This document shows positions 17,601 through 28,442 of a DNA stretch of 64,000 nucleotides, in pieces (positions within the stretch are counted from its first letter, which is position 1; each line of letters begins with the position of its first letter). The DNA lies in the NCBI GenBank assembly GCA_036494575.1, contig DASXOE010000048.1, positions 3,521-67,520 of the forward strand. The letters run 5' to 3'. The notes beneath the pieces were generated by a model. It searched no databases, was not told the origin of the DNA, and saw nothing but the letters and a program-made list of their open reading frames with translations. The DNA is from Polyangia bacterium (GTDB lineage: Bacteria; Myxococcota_A; Polyangia; Fen-1088). Made by a program: the position numbers and the translations under genes.

Positions 17601-17859
17601 GGGAAATACAAGGTCTCCGGACACATAGACGCACAATTGCGTACAGAAGCGCGCGTCTTATAACACCGCCGCCCGGAAAAGTGACCCCAAATTGGGGCGG
17701 CGGGGTCTTCGTACCTGAAGCCCAGGCCGGGGCCGTGCAAAAGGCCGCCGCGAGACGCAACACTAGTGCTACTCCACCCAGTACGATAGATTCCTCAAGT
17801 AGGTGTTCGGAGCTTAGGCACGCACAGACAGCTCCTCACCGCGTCCCCCAGGAGGTTTT

Positions 17860-19692
17860 ATGTTCTCTCCCCGTCACTCGAAGACCCGTTTCCTATTCTT
17901 GTCGTCCCTGCTCTGCTTCGGCGCGGGAGCGACCTCTCTCAACTGCGGCTTCGGCAACACGACGGCGTCGCCGCAAGGTGCTGCGGGGACCAGCGGGAGC
18001 GGCTCTGCCGGCTCGACGGGCGCGGCGGGCACGGGCGGACCCGGCGCCGCAGGCGCGGGTGGACCCGGCGCGGCGGGCGCGGGCGGACCCGGCGCGGCAG
18101 GCGCGGGCGGACCCGGCGCAGCGGGCGCGGGCGGACCTGGCGCAGCGGGCGCGGGCGGACCCGGCACCGGGGGCGTGGGCGGACCCGGCACCGGGGGCGT
18201 GACGGGTGCGGCCGGCGGCAACCTCAACCCCGGCGCGACCTTCATGAACTATGAGCTCACGGGCAGCATGCCCAAGCTGAAGGCGGTCATTCCCACGACT
18301 CACGGAACGCTCAGCTATACGAAGACGGTCATCAACGAGCAGTTCTGGGCCGAGAGCTGCTCGATCGCGGACTACAACCACGACGGCATCGCGGACCTCT
18401 CGGCGGGCCGAAGATGGTACGAGGGCCCCGATTTCAAGAAGGTGCATATCTATCGCGGCGGCCACGACGCGTTGCCGAGGGCGGGAGCTTCCGCCGAGCT
18501 CGTCGACGGCGTCTCGGACGACTGGGCGGACTATCCGTGGGACATGGACGGGGACGGCTGGCCCGACATCATCAACATCGCGTCCTCGGACGCCGAGGAG
18601 ACGGTCTCGCTCCTGCCGAGGCCGCAGACGCACGCGACGGCGTTCTGGTACAAGAACCCCGGCGTCGCTGCGATGTTGTCTGCCGACCCGGCCGGTGTCG
18701 CCGGCCAGAACTGGGCGTCGCACATCATGCACACCGACGTTCGCCAGGAGCAGCACGGCATGGTCGACGTCGACGGTGACGGCAAGCCCGAGATCTTCGG
18801 GGCGTGCCGGGACTGCGTGCCCACCCAGACCAAGGGCTACTACTACCAGCCCGATTGGACGAACCCGACGGGGCCTTGGAAGTACCAGGCCGTCACGCCC
18901 AAGGACATGTACCCGTTCCCGTTCGGCGGGACCGGCTGGCTGCACGGGATCGGCTTCGGCGACGTCAACATGGACGGAAAACCCGACCTCCTGGAGCGTG
19001 GCGGAGTCTGGAAGCAACAGGCCAGTCCTTCGTTCCCCGGCGGCGCGACGACCTCGAGCATCTCCTCGTGCACGTCGAATCCCGGGTCGTGCGGGTGGGT
19101 CAACACTCCTCTGTGGAACGGAGACCCGGGCGGAAACCAGGGCGGCGCGCACATGTACGCCTACGACATCGACGGTGACGGTGACATCGACATCTTCAGC
19201 GCCGACTGGGCCCACGGCCAGAATCTGGCTTGGTACGAGAACACCTCGCCGGACCCCAAGACCCCAACGTCCTTCGTGAAGCACTACTTCATGAAGAGCA
19301 ACAGCGCGGCCGACCTGGCCGCCTACGGCCTCTTTTTCACCGAGCCTCACGCGGCGCAGGCCGTCGACATGGACGGCGACGGCGTTCCCGACATCGTGAC
19401 GGGCAAGATGCGCTTCGCCCACCCCTATGACCAAAACGATCCCGATCCGGACGGCGAGCCCTATCTCTACGTCTTCAAGACCGTCCAGGAGATGCACCCG
19501 GGCGTGTCCGGAAAGGCGCACTTCGAGCCTCATTTGGTCGACGGCTCGCCCACCGCGGCCGTGGGCGCCACGGGGATGAATGGCGGCGTTGGCGTCGGTC
19601 GTCAGCTCGCGGTCGGGCAGATCAACACCGACGGCATCCCGGACATCTGCATTTCATCGAAGCTGGGTCTCTACGTCTTCTACGGAAAGTAG
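17860..19692 (+). CDS. FG-GAP/VCBS-repeat lipoprotein with a Gly/Ala/Pro-rich repeat linker
   Basis: RBS 'CAGGAGG' and a lipobox-like 'SLNCG'. There are seven Ca-binding-like FG-GAP loops: 'DYNHDGIADL', 'DMDGDGWPDI', 'DVDGDGKPEI', 'DVNMDGKPDL', 'DIDGDGDIDI', 'DMDGDGVPDI' and 'NTDGIPDI'. Confidence 0.85.
   Translation: MFSPRHSKTRFLFLSSLLCFGAGATSLNCGFGNTTASPQGAAGTSGSGSAGSTGAAGTGGPGAAGAGGPGAAGAGGPGAAGAGGPGAAGAGGPGAAGAGGPGTGGVGGPGTGGVTGAAGGNLNPGATFMNYELTGSMPKLKAVIPTTHGTLSYTKTVINEQFWAESCSIADYNHDGIADLSAGRRWYEGPDFKKVHIYRGGHDALPRAGASAELVDGVSDDWADYPWDMDGDGWPDIINIASSDAEETVSLLPRPQTHATAFWYKNPGVAAMLSADPAGVAGQNWASHIMHTDVRQEQHGMVDVDGDGKPEIFGACRDCVPTQTKGYYYQPDWTNPTGPWKYQAVTPKDMYPFPFGGTGWLHGIGFGDVNMDGKPDLLERGGVWKQQASPSFPGGATTSSISSCTSNPGSCGWVNTPLWNGDPGGNQGGAHMYAYDIDGDGDIDIFSADWAHGQNLAWYENTSPDPKTPTSFVKHYFMKSNSAADLAAYGLFFTEPHAAQAVDMDGDGVPDIVTGKMRFAHPYDQNDPDPDGEPYLYVFKTVQEMHPGVSGKAHFEPHLVDGSPTAAVGATGMNGGVGVGRQLAVGQINTDGIPDICISSKLGLYVFYGK
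18034..18201. repeat. 7 x 24-bp in-frame tandem repeat (ggcggacccggcgcngcnggcgcg) encoding GGPGAAGA units
   Basis: Seven consecutive 24-mers were read directly. The last two diverge to GGPGTGGV. Confidence 0.9.
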
Positions 19693-19962
19693 CCGAGCGC
19701 GTCGCCACCGTGGTCTTTCGGCTGCCTTGGGGCGGCGATGCGTTCGTCGTACCCTTCGTGCACCACGGGTTCTCTGGACCCGTGCGGCGCTTTCGGGGTA
19801 AAGGAAGCTATATTTACCGCTTCCGTTTCTCGTTTCGTCCCGTTCAGGAGGTCACATCATGTCGTTGCGCCGTTCTTTGACCCGACTCGCACCGTTCGTC
19901 GCGGTCGCGCCGACAGGAGGATAGGGTCTCGAAGGAGACGCCTATTGGCAGGAGCACCAACT

Positions 19963-21438
19963 ATGACGGACAAGCTTGGCGCGTACCGGGAACGACTGCT
20001 CGGAGTTACAATCTCCATCCTATTTTTCATGGGTTGCAGCAGCCCATCCCCGGGGGGCACCAGCGGGACCAGCGGATCGAGCGGCACGGCGCCTGGAAGT
20101 GGAAGCAGCGGCAGCTCGGGATCGGCAGGTGCCGGTGGGGCGGGCGGCGGGCTCAAGGACGCCGGCACCGGCGGTGGTGGGACCGCCGGCGGGGGGCAAG
20201 ATGGCGGACAAGACAGCGGGCAGGACAGCGGGCCCTTCGCGTGCCCCACCCTGCCCGCCCCGGGTAGCTGCGCGCCCCCGGTCGACATCCGGTGCCCCTA
20301 CCCGAAGCTGAGCCAAACGGGCTGCATCGATCCGAGCCCCTTCAGCGATCCCAAGCTCCCCATCAAGATGGCGAGCGTCGTCGTTCCCTACGAGGTCAAC
20401 AGTCCTCTCTGGTCCGACGGCGCGCTCAAGAGCCGCGGCATGAGGTTGCCAACGGGGGGCAAGATCCACGTCAAGGACTGCGTCCAGAACCCAACGGAGT
20501 GCGGCGTGCTCGATCCGGCCACCTTCAAGTGCTGTCTACCTCCGGCAGACGACGGCAAGTGGGTTTTCCCCGCCGGCACCGTGATGGTCAAGAACTTCAT
20601 GTTTCCGGACGCGAGCCGGCCCTCCGGATACAAGCTCGTCGAGACGCGGCTCTTCGTCCACATGGACCATGTCGTCCAGGTGGAAGGGGTAAAGACCGAG
20701 TGGGTGGGCTACGGCTATCAGTGGGACGACGCCCAGACGGACGCAACCGTCATCGGCGGCCTGGTCGACGGCAGCGACACGGGCGTGAGCGTCACGTTTC
20801 ACGTCGCGCCGACGGCGAGCGCCGCCCCGCAGCCGATCACCTGGGATTACCCGAGCCGGCTCGATTGCATCACTTGCCACACGCCGATCACGCCCGCGAC
20901 GACGCCCGTCAGTGGCTACACCCTGGGGCCCGAGACGATTCAGATGAACCGAGTCGCCACGGGCGACACGATGAACCAGATCGACAAGCTCGCCGCGCTG
21001 GGCGTGTTCGAGGCGGCGCCCGTCAAACCCTACAAGGCGCCCCTGGTGGCGCCCTACCCCGGACAGTCGGGCTCGCCCCCGCAGACGGCGACGCTGGAAC
21101 AGCGGGCGCGCTCGTACTTGCACGCGAACTGTGCCTTCTGCCATCGCCCGGACGGCAAGTGGAACGGGTTCGACGTTCGCTACGACGTGCCGTTCAAGAG
21201 CACGGCCCTTTGCAACGCGGCGCCGGGGAAAGGCGACCTGGGCGTGACGGGAGCGACGCTCCTCACGCCCAAGAACCCGATGAGCTCTCTCGTGTGGCTG
21301 CGGATGCACGCTCCCGTCGGCACCGCGACGAACGGAGGCACCGGACGCATGCCGGAGATCGCTAGCTCCGTGGTCGACACCCAGGGCACGGATCTCATGA
21401 GCCAGTGGATCACCTCGATCCCGGCTTGCCCGATGTAG
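19963..21438 (+). CDS. Lipoprotein with two CxxCH haem-binding motifs (dihaem c-type cytochrome-like)
   Basis: The start was trimmed to 'MTDKLGAYRERLLGVTISILFFMGCSSP' (lipobox), followed by a Gly/Ser-rich linker. 'CITCH' is at 20866-20880 and 'CAFCH' at 21130-21144. 'YLHANCAFCHRPDG' is typical of secreted haem-c domain proteins. Confidence 0.7.
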   Translation: MTDKLGAYRERLLGVTISILFFMGCSSPSPGGTSGTSGSSGTAPGSGSSGSSGSAGAGGAGGGLKDAGTGGGGTAGGGQDGGQDSGQDSGPFACPTLPAPGSCAPPVDIRCPYPKLSQTGCIDPSPFSDPKLPIKMASVVVPYEVNSPLWSDGALKSRGMRLPTGGKIHVKDCVQNPTECGVLDPATFKCCLPPADDGKWVFPAGTVMVKNFMFPDASRPSGYKLVETRLFVHMDHVVQVEGVKTEWVGYGYQWDDAQTDATVIGGLVDGSDTGVSVTFHVAPTASAAPQPITWDYPSRLDCITCHTPITPATTPVSGYTLGPETIQMNRVATGDTMNQIDKLAALGVFEAAPVKPYKAPLVAPYPGQSGSPPQTATLEQRARSYLHANCAFCHRPDGKWNGFDVRYDVPFKSTALCNAAPGKGDLGVTGATLLTPKNPMSSLVWLRMHAPVGTATNGGTGRMPEIASSVVDTQGTDLMSQWITSIPACPM

Positions 21439-21473
21439 CAAAATCCGCTCTCTTTCTTCAGCACGAGGCGAAA

Positions 21474-23318
21474 ATGACCATGAAGCTCACCAAGGCGTCC
21501 GTAGGGCTCGCGGGGATCCTCGCACTGTTCGCGTGCTCGCCGTCGGGGAGCGGGAACCCAGGCACTGGCGTGGGGACAGCTGGCGCTGGGACGGGCGCGG
21601 CTGGCGCCGCGGGCACGACGGCGGGCGGCGGCGGCGCGGGGACGATGGGCGAGGCCGGCGCGGGAACGGCGGGCGCCGCGGGGACCACGGGCGCGGCCGG
21701 TGCGGCTGGCGCGGCCGGGACCGGCGCCGCGGGGACCGGGGGAGCGGCCGGGACGGGCGTGGCGGGCACGGGGCCGGCCGACGAGTCGGTGCTCGAAAAG
21801 GGAAAGCGTCCGTCGCGAGACGGCAACTACGTTCAGCCCATGCTGACCACGGCAGCGGCGGCGAAGGTGATGCCGGACACGACGTTCAACGCGGCCGCGA
21901 CCTTCAACGGACAGATATACGCCTCGCCCCTTTATCTGGCGAAGGGCCCTGGGGGGATGGGGATCTTCATCGCCGCCACGACGAACAATGACGTGAAGGC
22001 ATTCGACGATACGGGCAAGCCGGTCTGGACGCGTAACTTCGGCACGTATTCGTCGAGCGGGGTCTTCATGCCCAAAGGCGTCATGGGCACGCCGGTCATC
22101 GACCCCGCGGCTGGCGCCGACGGATTCGCGACGATCTACGCCTGCGCCCCTGCCGCCGCGGCGCCCGGTGGCAAGATGGATCACTACGAGGTCCACGCGA
22201 TCTCCGCAAAAGACGGAACCGAGCGGACCGGTTGGCCGGCGAAGCTCGACGGCACGATCATGGCGAAGAACGACGGATTGAACCGTCCTTTCGTCCCAGG
22301 CAACCACGCGCAGCGTCCAGCGCTGTCACTGGTCAACGGCGTCGTGTACGTCGGATTCGGAGGCCCCTTCGGTGACATCGGGACCTACTACGGCTGGGTC
22401 ATCGCGGTCGACACGAAGAACCCGGCGACCGTCGCCGCGTGGTCTACGCGTCTCATGGGCGGCGCCATTTGGTCGCCGGGCGGCTTCGCTTCCGATGGCA
22501 ACGGCGTGCTCATCACGACGGGCAACTACTGGCCCGGCCGTTTCACGGCGCCCATGACTTACGGAGACACCGAATCGATCATTCGGATCACCGGAATGCC
22601 GAACGCGCCGGTTCGGAGCGGTGCGTACTACCCCGTGCGCTGGAAGCAGATAGACACCGACGACCAAGACTTCGGCGCGTCCAGCGTCATGCTCCTGAAC
22701 GTCCCTGGCTCGACCCATGGCAGCTATGCGGTGAGCGCGACGAAGGACGCGCACCTCTACATCGTCGGCAGCGCGATGCTCGGCATGGACGGCGGGGGCG
22801 GCGAAGACGTCGACCTGACGCTCTCGGCGAGCAACCACTCCGCGCGCGTCTCCCCCGTGGCCTACACGACCGCCACCGGAATCCACTTCGCCCTCACCGT
22901 CGACCGAGGCCCGTACATGGGATGCCCAGCCGGCTCGAACCCGGACCCCGCCATGGCCGTCCTCATGGGCTTCACGGTGACCCCGGGCAATCCCATCACC
23001 GTGACCCAGAACTGGTGCCTCACCATCGGGGGCCCGACGATGTTCGACGATGGCACGATCAGGAACCGGAGCGCCTCTCCCCTCGTCACGACCACGGACG
23101 GCATGAGCCAACCGATCGTGTGGGTCGCAGGGAGCTCGTCGCAAACCGCGGCCGGTACGACGGCGAATTTCCTCTACGGCGTCGACGGGGAGACCGGCAA
23201 GGTCCTCTACATGGGCGGCAATTGCCCGGGCATTCGCCAGTGGACGACTCCGATCGCGGTCAAGGGGCACATCGTCTTGGGCGGCGACGGCCGCCTTTGC
23301 TCGTGGTCTCCGCATTAA
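21474..23318 (+). CDS. Lipoprotein with a PQQ-like/BamB-like beta-propeller domain
   Basis: 'MTMKLTKASVGLAGILALFACS' has a lipobox, followed by a long Gly/Ala/Thr linker. Repeated 'G..VW' and 'A.D..TG' type propeller-blade motifs are present ('VKAFDDTGKPVWTRNFG', 'HAISAKDGTERTGW', 'LYGVDGETGKVLY'). Confidence 0.7.
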   Translation: MTMKLTKASVGLAGILALFACSPSGSGNPGTGVGTAGAGTGAAGAAGTTAGGGGAGTMGEAGAGTAGAAGTTGAAGAAGAAGTGAAGTGGAAGTGVAGTGPADESVLEKGKRPSRDGNYVQPMLTTAAAAKVMPDTTFNAAATFNGQIYASPLYLAKGPGGMGIFIAATTNNDVKAFDDTGKPVWTRNFGTYSSSGVFMPKGVMGTPVIDPAAGADGFATIYACAPAAAAPGGKMDHYEVHAISAKDGTERTGWPAKLDGTIMAKNDGLNRPFVPGNHAQRPALSLVNGVVYVGFGGPFGDIGTYYGWVIAVDTKNPATVAAWSTRLMGGAIWSPGGFASDGNGVLITTGNYWPGRFTAPMTYGDTESIIRITGMPNAPVRSGAYYPVRWKQIDTDDQDFGASSVMLLNVPGSTHGSYAVSATKDAHLYIVGSAMLGMDGGGGEDVDLTLSASNHSARVSPVAYTTATGIHFALTVDRGPYMGCPAGSNPDPAMAVLMGFTVTPGNPITVTQNWCLTIGGPTMFDDGTIRNRSASPLVTTTDGMSQPIVWVAGSSSQTAAGTTANFLYGVDGETGKVLYMGGNCPGIRQWTTPIAVKGHIVLGGDGRLCSWSPH

Positions 23319-23381
23319 TAAGCGCGCGCCCGGCAGCTCGACGCCTGGATCAACGCTCGGCCGTTGAAGTAACCTACGGCG

Positions 23382-24041
23382 GTGGCTTCTCCCGCAGGTC
23401 CCGAACCCGGTCCTCTCGCGTCCTTACGCGCCCACCGCCTCGTCCCTGTCGTCGCGATCCGCGACGCCGACGCGGTCCTGGGGCTCGCAGAGGCGCTCGT
23501 GGCGGGTGGCCTGCCCCTCATCGAGATCACGCTGCGCACGGAGGCAGCCCCGGAGGCTCTCCGGCGCGCGTCCACCGTGAAGAACCTCGTCGTCGTCGCG
23601 GGGACCGTTACGACACCGGATCATGTCAAGCTGGCTGTCGACTGTGGCGCCAAGATGATCGTGAGCCCCGGGCTCAACACGCGCGTCGTCGAGTATTGTC
23701 TCGCGCACGATCTGCCGGTCGTGCCCGGCGTCTGCACGCCCACGGAGATCGAGACGGCGCGCAACCTCGGCCTCAAGACGCTGAAGTTCTTCCCCGCCGA
23801 GGCCTACGGTGGCGTGCGCACGCTCAAGGCGCTCGGCGACGTCTACAAGGACTTCAGCTTCGTGCCCACGGGCGGCGTCAATCTGCAAAATCTGGGGGAC
23901 TACCTCAAGCTCCCCATCGTCCTGGCGTGCGGCGGCTCCTGGATGGTCCCCGCCGACGCCATCAACGACCGCCGCTTCGGCGACGTCGAAAAGCTGGCCC
24001 GCGACGCCGTCGCGCTCGTCGAGACGCTCGCGCTGGCGTGA
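23382..24041 (+). CDS. eda: 2-dehydro-3-deoxyphosphogluconate / 4-hydroxy-2-oxoglutarate aldolase
   Basis: 'VPVVAIRDADAVLGLAEALVAGGLPLIEITLRT', 'VAGTVTT...GAKMIVSPG', 'PGVCTPTEI' and 'LKFFPAEAYGGV...FVPTGGV' match KDPG aldolase blocks, including the Schiff-base Lys context 'LKFFPA'. Confidence 0.85.
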   Translation: MASPAGPEPGPLASLRAHRLVPVVAIRDADAVLGLAEALVAGGLPLIEITLRTEAAPEALRRASTVKNLVVVAGTVTTPDHVKLAVDCGAKMIVSPGLNTRVVEYCLAHDLPVVPGVCTPTEIETARNLGLKTLKFFPAEAYGGVRTLKALGDVYKDFSFVPTGGVNLQNLGDYLKLPIVLACGGSWMVPADAINDRRFGDVEKLARDAVALVETLALA

Positions 24042-24071
24042 CGGCCGTCGGGGCGTCCCGCCCCACCCCCG

Positions 24072-24401
24072 TCAGGGCGCGCTGGCGAGGAGGTCGTAGC
24101 CGCGCCAGAGGGCCTTCTTCGTGAGGCCCGAGAGCTTGGGCCAGGCCACGTCGTGGTCGGCGCTCTTGGACCAGAGCCGGCGGTTCGCCTCCGAATCGAA
24201 GACGAAGTTGATCTGGTAGTTCAGCTCGGTCGGAGAGGCCTCGATCTCGGCGGCCTGCGCGGGCGCGTAGAACCGGAGGAGCTTGACGTTCTGAAAGCCC
24301 TTCTGCTTGCGCAACGCGGGCTCGAAGACCTCGGCGTAGGTCTTCTCGAACGCGGCGCGCTTGTCGTCGGCGACTTCAAAGAGCAGCTGAAAGAGAATCA
24401 T
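24072..24401 (-). CDS. Small ABM/Dabb-like (ferredoxin-like alpha+beta) protein
   Basis: 109 aa. 'MILFQLLFEVADDKRAAFEKTYAEVFEPALRKQKGFQNVKLL' resembles antibiotic-biosynthesis-monooxygenase-fold proteins. Its start lies 26 nt inside the upstream gene. Confidence 0.55.
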   Translation of the reverse strand: MILFQLLFEVADDKRAAFEKTYAEVFEPALRKQKGFQNVKLLRFYAPAQAAEIEASPTELNYQINFVFDSEANRRLWSKSADHDVAWPKLSGLTKKALWRGYDLLASAP

Positions 24402-25446
24402 GCGTCCCTCCTGCCGGCGTTTCTACCATGCGGCCGAGCAGCACGGCCGCTTGGTCAGGCGCAGGGGCGGGACTTCCCAGCAGGTCAGCCACGATCTGGC
24501 TCGCGGCGGCGTAGGTGAAGCCGGAGCGCTCCCAGGTGCCCTCGAGCGGGAACGGATCGAAGGGCTCGACGAGCATCAGATTCCCGCCCGCGGGCGCCGC
24601 CTCGAGGCCGAGCAGCGCCGCGACGCGTTCGGCATTGTCGACGTAGGCGGTCACGACGGGCGGCAGGGCCGCGTCGAGGAGCGCCGCTGCCCCCGCTCGG
24701 CCGGTCAGGGCGAACGGTGCGCCGCAGCCGCGCAAGGCCGCCAGCGCGCCAGGCACGCCGTGCGGGTGGGCGAAGCCGAGGGCCCGGTGGGCCTCGGCGA
24801 AGTCGTAGTCCTCGGCCCAGCGCCGCACGAGGCGCGCACGGTGGACGGCCACGACGGGCCCGTGCGGCTCGCGTTCGAGGAGCTCCTCGCGGTCGAACAG
24901 GTCGAGGAGCCGCGAGACGTACCCGGGGTCGGTCGCCGCCTGGGCAGCGAGCCTCCGGACGCCGAACGGCGGGACGCCGTCGACGAGCGCCCGCACGAGC
25001 CGGCTGGCTTTGGCGGCGTGCAGCGAGCGTGTCGAGCGCGGCGCCGCCCAGGGGCTGCGGTCCTCGCCGCGCATCTGGATGAGGACCGTGGGCCGCTCGA
25101 GCACGAGGCGCATGTTGCCGCACAGGTCCACGTACCCGAGCCCCTCCTCGGCGAGCCGCTCACGGGTTCGGGCGCCCAGGAAGGGCGCGATGAGCACGAA
25201 GGCGTCGGCGGCCGCCGACTTGAGCGCCGCCGCGACCTGGGGCACGAGGCGCGGATCGAGCTGCCGGCGCGCGCCGATGGCCAGCGCGGCGCAGGTCCCG
25301 GCGGGCGTCCGGATGATCAGCCGGGCGGCCGAAAGGTCGTTGGTCTTGACGGAGACCGTCGTCGTCCAGTGGCCGGGGAGGCAGCGCTGAATCTGCTCGA
25401 CGGCCTGGCGCAAGACCACGTTGTCACTGGGGGCAGCGTTGCTCAT
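24376..25446 (-). CDS. Hypothetical protein (N-terminal nuclease-like fold?, central wHTH-like segment, C-terminal domain reminiscent of AbiEi-type antitoxins; all tentative)
   Basis: The start was trimmed to 'MSNAAPSDNVVLRQ'. The sequence is coding-like throughout. 'FVLIAPFLGARTRERLAEEGLGYVDLCGNMRL', 'RLAAQAATDPGYVSRLLDLFDREELLER' (HTH-like) and 'YVDNAERVAALLGL...NLMLVEP...AAASQIVADLL'. Confidence 0.6.
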   Translation of the reverse strand: MSNAAPSDNVVLRQAVEQIQRCLPGHWTTTVSVKTNDLSAARLIIRTPAGTCAALAIGARRQLDPRLVPQVAAALKSAAADAFVLIAPFLGARTRERLAEEGLGYVDLCGNMRLVLERPTVLIQMRGEDRSPWAAPRSTRSLHAAKASRLVRALVDGVPPFGVRRLAAQAATDPGYVSRLLDLFDREELLEREPHGPVVAVHRARLVRRWAEDYDFAEAHRALGFAHPHGVPGALAALRGCGAPFALTGRAGAAALLDAALPPVVTAYVDNAERVAALLGLEAAPAGGNLMLVEPFDPFPLEGTWERSGFTYAAASQIVADLLGSPAPAPDQAAVLLGRMVETPAGGTHDSLSAAL

Positions 25447-25600
25447 CTTGGACAACAGCCTCACTCCGGACAACGGTCGGGTCAAAAAAGCCGCCGTTTC
25501 CGCGCCCCTCCCTCACACGGTTGTGGCTGAGACGGCGCCACCTCGGGTAAAGTGACACCTCAGCCTCGCGTCGCCGGGCCCGCGCGTCAGGGAGACGTTC

Positions 25601-28378
<2,778 letters not shown>

Positions 28379-28442
28379 TGCACTCCTGAGCGCACTCCTA
28401 GAGCGAGCCCGGCCGCCCGACTGATGGTAACTTCATCGACCG

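Noticed and set aside
17667-17705. The inverted repeat CCGCCGCCC...GGGGCGGCGG with a ~20-nt loop in the porin / FG-GAP divergent intergenic region.
   Set aside because: It could be a regulator site or a structured RNA. However, it has a single occurrence, a long loop and GC-only stems, so I could not support a specific call.
24050-24064. A GGGGCG-tcc-CGCCCC hairpin in the 30-nt gap between convergent eda and the ABM-fold gene, considered as a possible bidirectional terminator. A similar ACGAGC-gaa-GCTCGT hairpin lies at 36603-36617 between PilZ and the helicase.
   Set aside because: The stems are only 6 bp with no U-tract. In DNA this GC-rich such short palindromes arise by chance, so they are not reported as features.
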